From: Chlorokybus atmophyticus
Lineage: Eukaryota; Plantae; Mesostigma and Chlorokybus algae
Direction of reading: 5' to 3'
Assembly: GCA_009103225.1 (NCBI GenBank)
Contig: RHPI01001037.1
Coordinates: 558,001 to 622,000, forward strand
Length of the DNA: 64,000 bases
A program made the position numbers and the translations under genes. Below are positions 21,888 to 33,966 of the stretch, piece after piece; position 1 is the stretch's first letter, and each line of letters starts with the position of its first letter. The notes beneath the pieces are model-generated. The model was not told where the DNA came from. It worked only from the letters and a program-made list of their open reading frames with translations, and made no database searches.

Positions 21888-23973
21888 CTACTCAATGCGG
21901 TACAGCAGCACCATCTGACTGCTGCTGCTGTCGCCAGCATCGCACTCATCGACCTTGCGTTTCTTGGGTGCTGCATCAGGGCTGAGGAAGCCAAATTTGT
22001 CGTACCAACCGCTCGTGCCTGATGCAGCGCGTTTGCCATTGCGTGCTCGGTCGGCGTCACCAACTACAGTTGCGGTCTGGTCAGCAGGCAGCCACGTCTT
22101 GTTCCACACGTCCTCCACCGATGACTCTGCAGCGACCGGAACTCCCTTGCAAGTGATGATGACCTGCACAGAGTACAGATCAGAGACTGACATTGATATT
22201 ATCTTGCATGGGTAAGCTGCAATGCACAGCTCACGGGGCCTTACTTTTTGGTTCTCGGGCAGCTGCAACTTTTGTGCCAGGTACTTGGATAGCAAGGACA
22301 GCGGCATGTTCAGGCTCCTGCAATGAAACCCAAGTCAGCCACATTCACAGAACACTGGACAATGGCTGGTGGATGTGCATGAAGCGCGTGCAGTCTGCTT
22401 ACGTGCGCAGCACAGGTCGGGCAAGTCTTGCTGGGCCACTTGGCACTGCGGGGATTGCTGGCACTGATGGCATTGCCTCAGACTGCTCTAAGGGTCTGTC
22501 CGCAGAACACTCTTGCTGCTGATCACACTCCGCAACCTCAGAAGGCTTCTCCTGCTCTGTTGCTGGTTGGGTTGAGCTGTCCTGCACAGGTGCTGCCGTT
22601 GTTTCAAAGTTGTCCAGATCCATTGGCATAGCTGGTTCTGCGGGTGCGGGGGGCATGTGCCCAAACTCAGTCATCTTGGATTGCTGGCTTTCAATAAGAC
22701 TGGCTTGCGACCCTACTGGGTTCTCGCGCTGTGCCTCAGAGGACGATGAGGGCGGCTCTTGTGGTGAGCTACTCTGCTCAGGTTGTGAAGATGCTGCAGG
22801 TTTTGATGGCTGCGCACTGTCAGCGGCAGGCTGTGGCTCAGCAAGCCTGGAGGCTTCAGATGGCTCCACAAGCTTTGGTTCAACTTCACGCCTGGTACAT
22901 CAACAACTTTTAGGCACTGCACAATAACTCTGAATATTAAACAGTCAAATTGAACACTGCGGTACCTCTCCGGAAACAATGAGAACAGCAGGCAGCCATC
23001 GCTCACAAGTGGCGCAAGCAGATTGGCTTGCTCGCGCTTTTTCTTTTCCTGGAGTCGCCGGCTGATCTTTTGCTGAGGCTGTCCAGGGTCTGTGCCTCCA
23101 GACACATTGTCAGGTGTCCCAGTTGATGATGGTCCAGTGGGCAATGCGACATTGGCAGCCATTGCGGCAGCCTGCTTCTGTCGCTTGCGGGCAAGCTGAG
23201 CTGCAGCCTTTTTGTGATCTGCCTTAAAATCAAGTGGGTCAGATGTCCTCTTCTTGTCTTTGCCAAACTGCGGCTTGTCGTGCATTGGCAGTGAATATCG
23301 TCGAGGCGATGGGAACGCTCGACTGGGAGTGGACTGCTTGCGGTTCATCTTCTTCCTCATACCCTGGGGTATACCACCTGCCAAACCCACATGAATGAGA
23401 CAATGCTTATATAAAAGTGCATTAAATTGTTAACTTGCACCAACTGTTGCCCACCATGTAGGCCGATCGTGAAGTCCTCCATGCGCTTTGAGCTTGTTTC
23501 GGTGTGCCTGGCTTCTTTAGGAGCAGGCTCCTGTGAAGAAGCCTCGGCAGGAAACAGCTTGCCAACAATTTCGGACAGCTTTCGCTCAGACCTGCGCAGC
23601 ATATCACATCAGCTGCCACTCACAAAGACTCACAAGACTCATGCAGAATGTTCGCCCAATAAGCTGCATACTTGAGTGCTGCAAATGGGTGGGAAGCACT
23701 GATTGCACTGCACTTGGGGCATGGCGTGAAACGCCCTGGTTGCATGCGCTTGTCGCTACAAGACCTGCAGACTACATAAACATCATGGTCAGCAAATCCT
23801 GGGTGCAGGGCACTGCTGTTACCCATGGGCTTGACCCTTGGCACAATGTGAACAAGGGCAATTGTGGCCTTACGTGTATGCATGCAGCCTGCAATGGTGG
23901 TTGCCTCCATGGTGAGCTCATTGCAAACCGAGCATTGTAAGCAGGGCACCACGGGCACCGGTGAGCGGGATGG
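21888..23973 (-). CDS. BMI1: PRC1 BMI1/DRIP (PCGF)-like RING-RAWUL E3 ubiquitin ligase; start codon upstream of 23973 unresolved
   Basis: C3HC4 RING CSVCNELTMEATTIAGCMHTLCRSC...CPKC followed by SERKLSEIVGKLFP. C-terminal RAWUL segments: CLLFSLFPE ... RPVLRT|SLNMPLSLLSKYLAQKLQLPENQK|VIITCKGVPV...QMVLLYRIE*. Confidence 0.85.
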
Positions 23974-24941
23974 CTGCGCATCAGCAAAAAGCTTAGCACG
24001 TGAAACGTAAAGTAACGATCCACACAGGGTCACCCATGTTGCCAGAGAGCGACATGCTGACCGTGTGTACATGCGGCCCATGTGCTGGACTGCACAGGAC
24101 TGGCATGGTTTAACTAACCTCGCGCTCTGTTGGAGGCAACGTATTAAGGTCAAGCAAGCACTTGCTGAGCTTGACGGTGGATGGAGATGGCAATGGCCCA
24201 GCCAACTCTCGGGGAGGGCATCGCATGACCTCCATGGGCACAACCTGTTGCAGCTGCAATCAGTGCTGTGACACCACAGACGATGTGCTCAGGCACCACA
24301 TGAGTAAGACAAGGGATGTACGCGTGCCCGCGGGAGATAGAAGAATTGCGACCGTTCCGACAGAACAAGCACACACTTGCATGCACACCAAGCAGACTGT
24401 GACAGCTGGTGACTAAGCATGTGGAGGACAGCTGGTAGACAGTGCTCTCCTGCACTGCTAGGCTTATCAAAAAACATTCTCAACCATAGTTGTGCCATTT
24501 TCCTAAGCCAGGCATAATAGCTGTGCTTGTATCATATGCAATTGTGTAACCGCCACCGCCACCACATAAAGGCGCATGCCTCAGCTTACGGTACATGCTT
24601 GTCAATGCTGCTCAACTTCCACAGGACAATGCCGTACCTCTGCACGATGCAGCTAGACAACGACACGTGCCAGCCAACGGTAACCAGGTTTTAGCGAAGC
24701 CCGTTGACCGGACCACACAAGACGACCGCAACAAGCTTGCCAACCAGCACGACATCTGAACTGTCGCATGTAGAGCGGTACACAAGAATACGCTGCACGC
24801 AGCTCACACGAGTACAGTCTATACTCGGCTGCCAAGCTAACCTTTGCTAAGGGAGGCCAAGCCGGTCCTCAAGCAGGCAACGCGCCGCAAAGCAGGAGGG
24901 AAGCAAAGCCCTGCCTCAAGAAGCGCTAAAGCAGCGCGACC

Positions 24942-24957
24942 AACCCTAAAACCCTAG
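24942..24957. promoter_or_regulatory. Tandem telo-box-like motifs (AACCCTAAAACCCTAG) in the 5' region of the BMI1-like gene
   Basis: AAACCCTA at 24949-24956 plus an overlapping AACCCTAA. Confidence 0.55.
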
Positions 24958-25679
24958 CCGCATGGCGCTTGGAGCACCTGCTGGGGCCCCCCCTCCTCGG
25001 CAACCGATACCCCTTAAGCCCAATCGCCCCAAACGCAGGCTGCGTAAGCTCGCCCAAACGCCCTTTCAGCCCCACCGCCAGCAAGCATGTAATCACCTAC
25101 ACCCCAGACGCCCAGCCCCCGCCTCGCCCCGCTCTCCGCCCTCCGCCCCGAGCCCGCCGACCCTCTCGCCGCCGCCGGCGATGAGCACGACACGGCTGAC
25201 TGCTTGCGCACCGCGTTTGGAGCCGCGCTGAGAAACTGACTCACTCACTCATGCATGCCTCCTCCTGCTTGCTGAGCTCAGCCTTTTTCCGCCCATGCAT
25301 GCAAAGAACGACGCGGAAAATTGGAGAGCTTTCGCACCGGAGGAGGCGCCGCACCGGTTTTTAACCAACTGCCACGGGGGTATCGCATCCCACTTGTCCC
25401 CTGAGCTAAATTGGGCGTGCGGGGTCGTTTATTATTTAAACGCTCGTGTTAACCGTGCTTCGCTTGCGCTCCCCAGTAGTGACCCGCGCCGCGCAATATC
25501 TTAACCGCGGTCTAGAGCTGTGAGCGCGCGCGCGTGGTGAGGAAGGCAGATAACGATGACGCGGATCGCGCAACCGGCGCCGCATGTTCGACGTCCCATG
25601 CATGCCCTCCCTTTCGGCCCGCGGCCCGGTCGTGTCAACCTGCGCCTCGCCACCATGCAACTGCGTAGCCGGCTTTGTA

Positions 25680-26102
25680 CCGGACAGCGCTCGTAGCCGG
25701 TACGCCATTGGCAACGGAGTGCATAACATTTTCAAACGTGGCGCTTGGCTGTTGGGCATTACTTGACCAGCAGCCAAATTCAGCAACTCATACCTCGTAT
25801 ACCCGCGCCGAGCGGTACGGTGACTCAGCGTAACGCGTTGTGTCCTGCTTTGATGACATCAATTTAGGCTTGTGATTGATTGTCCACTAGGGCCTGGACA
25901 CAAAACCGTGCATGGCTTCCTTGTAGGCACGTTGAGGCAAAGTTGGGAACTCCCTCGACCACAAGCACAACATGTCGTTACAAGAGTCATTTGACTACCT
26001 TGAATTTCTTGCCAACCAGGGTTTGATGTCGGAGTATTGCCGAAACAAGATGACAGTATTTGTACGATCCAATCCATCAAGCTCGCTGTGGCAATACCGG
26101 TA
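25680..26102 (-). pseudogene. Possible degenerate CACTA/EnSpm-like transposase fragment
   Basis: Stop-interrupted reading WLARNSR*SNDSCNDMLCLWSREFPTLPQRAYKEA, then in another frame PRLKMLCTPLPMAYRLRAL. Both loosely resemble N-terminal CACTA transposase motifs as I recall them. It borders an AT-rich island (26100-27400). No TIRs found. Confidence 0.3.
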
Positions 26103-27734
26103 GTTGTTCAATTCGATAATGAACATGAAATAATGGCATTACATAGAACGTTGATTGTGCCAGTTACTTGTGTGATCAGTCTCTTTCAAACATGGACATA
26201 TCCATGTTCACTTCAAGTTTTTATTTTACATGCATTATAAAAGTTGAAGATTTATGAAGTTGCTGACATGTGACCTGGGGTAAACATTTACTTAGTAATA
26301 TCGCAACGTTTGCACATCGTGCATACGCAAATCTTAAGTTACATGTATACAAACACATTTACACTACGGCACGTGCTTTAGGTATCATGTTGTGTTTATG
26401 GATTTATTTTATAATCATCATAGCGCTATCATAAATCATTGCATAACGTGAATCTTTGTGATATGATGTCACAAATATGTTTTCAACACAAATTTGATTT
26501 ATTATTACATAAATGTTGGTTTAAACTATTCAATAACATAACAACATTCATTGCAAATGTCATTGGTTCCCCTTGATTTTACCTAATACACATGAAGATC
26601 AAAAGCTAGTTTGGGCGCAGGTTTTGGTTGCAGATAGGGGGCAAAAGTGAAAATTAGGGCTTACAAAACGGCAAGGTGAAAAGTTGGACGATCCCTTATA
26701 CCTTAATTATCATGCACATGAATATAGAAGCTCATATGCGGAAATTGTACATTGCATACTTGCATGAACATGTTGTCTTTGCGTCCACACCTTTTCATAC
26801 ATAAAACAGAGACGCAATAGTTAATCAACAGACATGCAAACACATCAGGGGCCGTAGTCATGTAAGCAACTCTTGTGCATACGTGTTGATGTCCTCATTT
26901 GCAATAGAGGTGCTCTTACCTTCCTCAAGAGTGAAAGTTCTTCTGTAATCGGAGTTTCGGTACACACTTTTAACCTCACCACACATTATCATCTCAATTC
27001 ATGATGCATTGTGCCTAAATGATGACGATATCTAAAACTGAATAAGCACAGAACTACATCAAGACATTGTCAATGAGCAACACTAATTTAATCAGCAACA
27101 CCAACTTGCATGTGCCTATCCATTGGCAAATGGCATTGTTATGCATTTATCAACAACACCACATGTGCTATGGGAAAACTTCAACCAGCCGTACCGCAAG
27201 CACTATCCGTAGTGTTAACTCTATGCTATCGTTATCGTTAAATAGTTGTGTTGTGCAAAAAGGGACGTGGAACCACCGTCACTGTCATCAGCATTGATGA
27301 TACTTAATGGATGCAGCAAATGCGCCTAGGCCCGAGGTAACAACAAAGCAGCAAGTGCTTTGACTATGCTATTAACACAGCTACTCACATACTATCATGA
27401 ATGCAATGTCACTATCACTATGTCTATTGCAGTCGCCTCTGCAATGCAGGCTTATGTGCGGGGTGGTGAGACAGCCTCACACAGGTACACTTATGTAATA
27501 CCAATGCGGCAAAGCCAGATTAGCACCGTAAGGCAACAATTACAATTTGCCCATGTCATGGGGACCAACAGGTCAGCACAAACAACAGCAATGTTTGATG
27601 ACTTACCAACAAAGTGGTTAACCACTAAGAGTGAAGCAGCGCCATGCAGGCGTTTTGCTTTCTCACACACAACAGGACTGTCAACACAGCTCAATCAGCT
27701 TATGTACACCAAACTAAGAAATAATGTGCTACTG

Positions 27735-29212
27735 TCACAGCGCAAATGGCCGCCTGTGCACTCTACATTTCTCCGCATCAATGATGGCTGCCACCTTGGA
27801 CACAGTCTCTTCGATCCTGCCCTCAGAGTTCACAACGACATAGTCAAACTCATGCAGTCTCGCTGTCTCTGCTTGCGCTGTCTTCACACGCAGAGTCAAC
27901 TTGTCTGGTGTCTCCGTCTTGCGCGCCACAAGACGGTGCACCAACGCAGCTTCGCTCTCCGCAACCAGAAATATGAACACAGCGGTGTCACCCACCATGC
28001 TGCGCACCGTAGAGGCGCCCTGGACATCCACCCGCAGGACCACATCTGTGCCCCGGACCATAGCTTCTCGCACTTGCCTCTTGGGGATGCCCTGCGCAAA
28101 GAAAGGCAATATCATAAGAGGAGCCCGTCTTTTGGGAGAATCAGCAGCACACGGTGCAAGTTGCTTACCTTGTACTCGCCATAGACTACAGCATGCTCTA
28201 ATAGCTCCCCTTTATCTATCATCTGGTCAAACTCATCTTTGGTAACAAAGTAATAATCCCGGCCATGCACCTCGCCATGCCTTTTCCTCCGTGATGTGGC
28301 AGTGACCACAAAATAGAGCTCTGGTCGTGCTTCCTAGCAACACAAGCATTCAACTTAGATGCACATAAGGTCACGCACTCCACAACAAGTCAAGGTGCAA
28401 CTGACTGACATGTAGGCAAGTTATAAACATTTGTACCTGCAATCTTCTGATAACAGCATCTTTGCCAACACCACTTGGACCAGATATCACAACCAACAAC
28501 GGTGCTGGTGGTGGAACTGTTCGTGCATGGCTGAAACTTTGTTGCAATGTCTGCTCCACGGCAGCCACACTCGATCGTGTTGGTGCTTCCTGCATAAACA
28601 CCAGTCAGTCACATAAGCCCGCATATAACAAGGTTATTGCCTAGCTCTAAAGAGATACAGAGGCTCAAAGCAGGAAGACAATGACAGCGACAGATCATAC
28701 ACATGCATAGAGGTAAAACAAAAGATGATGCGGATGACACTCTTGATCCACGTACGGGACAACCTCTTACAACACATATGCCTTGATGTGATTGAGTCTT
28801 GCTTAGAAAATCACTTAACATACTATGTGCTTACTGTATGCAACGATAAGATGCAACTTGATAGTGTGCAGCAGCTCCATGATTCTGCCTCGCAACCCTC
28901 ATGCCAACGCCATAAGCTCAATTGGACAATGCAGAGTATGCAGAATACCAACAGCATCAGGAATTACACCAATTCAATCAGCACCTGCAGCAGCGCAGCA
29001 CTAGTTACAATTCGCCTCGTCCTTGCTGTAGCACACCAGGTGGGACTCCGACGAAGCAAACACGCGCCTTCGACAGGGCGTGCCCGCAGCCCTGCGGCGG
29101 AAGCTGGCGGATCGATCCTCAACGTGCAGGAGGTGGCGGCGGATGAGGAGGAACAGACGGCACCACCAGCGGCGCTCAACGCACGTGGCGCAGTGAGAGC
29201 GGAGGTGTTCAT
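27735..29212 (-). CDS. GMK3: Organellar (plastid/mitochondrial) guanylate kinase
   Basis: Exons 29212-28985, 28589-28437, 28333-28169 and 28091-27735, all phase 0. A transit-like N-terminus is followed by the P-loop [52 protein letters not shown] and FDYVVVN. Confidence 0.93.
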
Positions 29213-29855
29213 ACCCACTACCGTAGTGCTCACCTGCTGCCGCACTCCGCACTGCACCACCCCAAGCGAAGTCCCAGCCCGAGCTGCAACACGCCAAAGT
29301 CCCGATCTCATACAACCTATCCCCTCATCCACGCAGGCCGACCGCAATGCTACAATCGCAGCCCTAACGCACCACACAGCAACGCCTCTTTCCCACACGC
29401 CAACCTCGCCGCCGCCAATTCAACAAGCGCGCTCACTCCTCGCGCTATGCTCTCACCTCCCTGCCACGCCGCCGCTTCGCTGTTTGCTGCCACTGCTGTT
29501 GCCGTTGTTGCAGCATGCGTGGGCGGCTGTGCGCCTTGCGATCCGGCTGGCACCTCGCACCTGCCCGATATTAGACCTGCTGCGGCCGATGTCGCGAGGC
29601 CAGAGATATCTTAGATGTCTCGATATCGGGCAGATCGGTTTGCGCGGGAAAGTGGGCGTTGGGGTTGTTGGCGGGGGCGGGGGCGGGGGCGGCCGTGGTG
29701 GTGCTGGCGGTGGGCGGATTGTCGGGTTGGAGTTGATTGGCGTCTGCATGGACGTGTCGTGATGAGAGCTGTTCGAAGGCAAACGGCGGAATTGGCGCAT
29801 GGGCGGTCTGTTCGGCGGTCTAGTAGAGGTGTTGATGTCCTGTAACTGGACGGTT

Positions 29856-29863
29856 TTAGGGTT
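29856..29863. promoter_or_regulatory. Telo-box-like motif (TTAGGGTT) about 45 bp upstream of the GCP2 ATG
   Basis: Reverse complement of AACCCTAA. Confidence 0.4.
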
Positions 29864-29908
29864 GTTGTGGCCGTGGACGGTGCGCATCGTTGAGGGGTAG
29901 CGGCGGCG

Positions 29909-32900
29909 ATGGCCACAGCCGGGCCGGGGCCTGGCTCGGCAATGACATCTGGAAGCAGCTCGAGCAGCACCAAGCCGCGGTTGACGGAGCTCGTGACTCG
30001 TCTCAACTCGTGCCTTGCCGAGGCGGCTGGCGGCGCTGTCGACAACACTGCAGGCAGCAACGTCCTGACCGCCGCCGTGCAGATGCTGGATCGCATGATT
30101 TCTCCGTATGACATGACCAAGGTCGAGTTAATAGGGTTAATGCAGGCATCATATCATGCGTGTTTCAAAGTCCCATGCACATTTTGAATCTGCATTTTGT
30201 GAAGCACGTACTAAGTGTCAAACACCAGCAAGGTCGGAAGCACAGGCATCATAATGTGCGTGCTATTGAAGCTCATTGTCATACAAAGCCAGGTAGTCAT
30301 TAAAATGTAGTCAGTGTTATTGAAGACTAGCTGGCTGCTACGTAGGTTCTCTCTGTTGCATGCAATCCGGAATGCAGCAGTGAGCATGCCGTACCTGGCA
30401 GCAAACAAGGGCTTGCCTGCTGCAACATGGCGATGTTGGGCATGTAGAGTCAGTTCTCCTGGCATGCTAATGTGCTGACTCGGTTTTTACTGTGCTTGTG
30501 CTTGCAGGTGTCTGTCAGCCAGACGCAGCGCATCCTGTTGGAACATGCGCCTGACAAAGCAGCGTTTACTGCTTCTTATGACAGGCTCAAGTCTCAGGGG
30601 TACGCTGCGTCAACACTCGTCGAAGTGTTTCAATTGTTTACTATCAGAAAATATCTGAACGAACATGTGCAGGGTGCGTGAGCTAGATCGGTACCTGATG
30701 CTGGTGGGCAGAATACTTCAAGATCCAGAGCTTGCAGCACTGTTGTCAGAGAAAGGCAGCAAGCAAGCAGTGCCCGCAGCATCCGAGCAGCCTGCGCAAC
30801 TTCGTTTTGCAACAATGGGCTCTCCAGCGACGCCCGCCTCAACAATGCCTGCAGTGCCCCTGCCTGGCTTGTCCAAGACAATGATCACGCCAGCTGCATC
30901 CGCTAGTCATGCACTTGGCGCACCCGTTCAAGATCCTCCGCAAGTGCGATCAGAAGCAACTCCGACATCCAACATGCGGCAAGCTCTGGTGGGCACCCGT
31001 TCAGCCTCTATGTCCGCTGCTGTACCAAGTAGCCTCGCGAGCGTTGACAGTTCATTGCTGGCAACCAATCGCCCGCATCAGGTACGGTTGAATGCCAACA
31101 ATTTCAAGTGCATGACCTTTGGACATGGTTGGTTCCTGTGGAGTGCGTCAACTGGACACCAGGTGTTTGTCTTGCAGGTAGATGATATGTATTCGACTCC
31201 AAGACACGCTTCACCAATCACAGAACGGATGGCAACACAGTTTGAGGATGTGTTGTCGCCATCAACTAGTCGCTTCACCGACAATAAAGCCATACCCATG
31301 ACACCATCTTGGAACCGGCAGCGCTTGTACCTGACAGGGGAGCATCTGGCTCACAGCAGTGGAGCACCATTTTATAAACCGGCTGGCAGCACCAAAAAGC
31401 CTGGTGGTCTGCCGGTTGATGTACAAGAGCTTGTTATCATAGATGACTTGCTCTATGTCCTCTTGGGTGTTGAGGGACGGTACATACATGTTCGCAAGGG
31501 ACCCTCCACTGCTGGCCAGAAAACATCTGGGTTGGTTGTTATGCAGTTTGATGTGGACGAGTCCTTGGACCCATCTCTCCTGGTGAGCGTCATGACTTGA
31601 CAAATACAACACTAACAGTACAGGACATCGTTGACACATAGTTTGCACAGGAACTGGTTAGGCGTGTCCTTCCAATATGTGAGTACTATGTCACAGTGAG
31701 CCGGTTCGTAGAGGCGCGATCCCGCTATGAGCATGGCTTAGTTGTGCACGCACTAGCTGCCGCTGTGCGCTCACTGCTCAAAGACTACCGCATCATGGTG
31801 GCACAGCTGGAACACCAGTTCCGGATAGGTCGGTTATCTCTGCAGGGACTGTGGTTTTACTGTCAGGTATAGTGCACCCCTCGCCAGTAGTTTTTGTGAC
31901 ATGCTGTCAGATCAGGAATGCTCTAGCTGATGTCAGTTTCTGTAATGCAGCCAACGTTGTCAGGCATGAAGCTCTTGGCCTCCATCTGTGAGCAGGCAGC
32001 TGTACAGAACTTGTTTGGGGCGCAAGTTGTAAACCTACTGCACTCACAGGCTACAACAATGGCCGGGGATACCATGGCACGTAAGCTGCTGCAGCGTCTG
32101 ATGCAAGCTACATGTGCACCATACTTTCGAATGCTGGAGAGGTGAGACAGCATGCTTACTGGTGGCATGCAAGTCAAGGACGCGCACCTTACTATTTCTT
32201 GCTTCACAATCTGGTCAATTAAAGCATGCAGGTGCTGACTTTGTTTGGCAGGTGGGTGTATGAAGGTGTTGTTGAGGATCCGTATGGTGAGTTTTTGATT
32301 GAAGAGCGGCTCGAGTTACGGAAGGAGAGCTTGACAGAGGACAAAGATGCATTGTACTGGCAGCAGCGTTATACAGTAAGATCAGATGTCCCTGTCTTTC
32401 TGAAGGCTGCCGTAGATATGATCTTGACAACTGGCAAGTACTTGAACGCAATCAGAGAATGCGGCAAAAAGGTTGTGTATCCTGGTGCTTCGGAAGGCAT
32501 TATGTACAGCCACTCAGAGCGTGTTTACATGGAGCACATTGATCGAGCCCACCAGTTTGCCAGCAGAGAACTACTGGACCTTCTGATGCGGCAGGTACAG
32601 TCTCGATATACCAATGAGAAGTGCACTGACTTTGCTGACATGTATTGCGCCTACTTCAATTTGGGTTGTTGATTGTTTCACATGGCAGGTCGGTTTGATG
32701 GCACGCCTGCGCTCAATAAAGCACTACTTCCTTGTCGATCAAGGCGACTTTTTGCTTTACTTCATGGACATTGCTGGGGAGGAGCTATCAAAGCCGCCAG
32801 CAGACATTTCACAGGGGAAGTTGCAGTCTCTGCTGGAGCTAGCACTGCGCACCTCAATCGCCATATCTGACCCACATCACGAGGACCTGACCTGCAGTTT

Positions 32901-33966
32901 GCATAAACTAACACTTGTACAGCACGTAATGAGTGTTGGCATGAGTGACGAAATAACAGACCTCCAGGCCAGCATGGACTCTCTTGCCATGTCACCTGGT
33001 GATCGCTCGCTTATGACACCAAAGATGAATGGCCTGGAGGCGTTTACTTTGGACTACAAGGTAAGGCTATTATATATGTGTTGCACATGCAGCTGCTGTA
33101 CTTGATAGCAGCCTTTACCGGCTGTTGAGCACTATGCAAACACCTCTTCTATGTGCGCAGGTCACATGGCCGCTGTCGCTGGTAGTTTCTCGGAAGGCAA
33201 TGGTGAAGTACCAAGTCTTATTTCGGCACTTGTTTCAGTGTAAGCATGTGGAGCGGCAGCTGTGCAACACGTGGCAGGACCATCAGAACACGCGCGCGCT
33301 GGGTCTGCGAGGCGGCCCTTTCAGTGTGTCATATCTGCTGTGTCAGCGAATGCTGCATTGCTTGCAGAATGTGGAATACTACATGGCTTTTGAAGTTCTT
33401 GAGAAGAACTGGCATGATGAAAAGTCGGGTTTGGAAGCTCGTCTCCGCGCAGCCACGACCGTGGATGAAGTCATCAGGTGTCACGACCACTTTCTGGACC
33501 AGTGCATGAAAGAGTGCATGCTGATACATCCGCCAATATTGAGACGTCTTGAGCGCATTAAGTCCACATGTCTGAAGTTTGCCGCAGCAACTCAACGCAT
33601 TGTGTTCATGCCGCCGGAAGCTTCACCTGTTGCTCCTGCCCTTGAACCGTCTGGAAAGGTTTGTGACCGCAATGGCGCAGTTGATTGCGTTCCAGTCCTA
33701 TTTGGCAATAGACTGTTTTTGCTTTGCAGAGCGCAATCCTTGCAGAAAAGCAGCAGCGAGCTAGGCTGCGCCAGGAGCAGCTCAACCATGCCAAGGCGAT
33801 GTCCACCGACGCCGAGTTTCTGTCCACTGTCAGACAGCTTGAAACTGCCTTCAATGCGCAGCTGAAGGAGCTGATAGGCCTTCTGTACACTGAGTCAAGC
33901 AAGCGAGAGCCGCATGTTGTGCACCTGGCAAACAGGCTCGTCGGTGTTAGCCAAGGAATCGTGTAA
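29909..33966 (+). CDS. GCP2: Gamma-tubulin complex component 2 (Spc97/Spc98 family), about 11 exons
   Basis: QELVIIDDLLYVLLGVEGRYI, FDVDESLDPSLL|ELVRRVLPICEYY, ATCAPYFRMLERWVYEGVVEDPYGEF, ILTTGKYLNAIRECG, LRSIKHYFLVDQGDF, EAFTLDYKVTWPLSLVVSRKAMVKYQVLFRHLFQCKHVERQL. The last exon boundary is less certain. Confidence 0.95.

Noticed and set aside
28725-29762. 345-aa plus-strand ORF
   Set aside because: Antisense to guanylate kinase exon 1 and the GC-rich promoter; no recognisable motifs.
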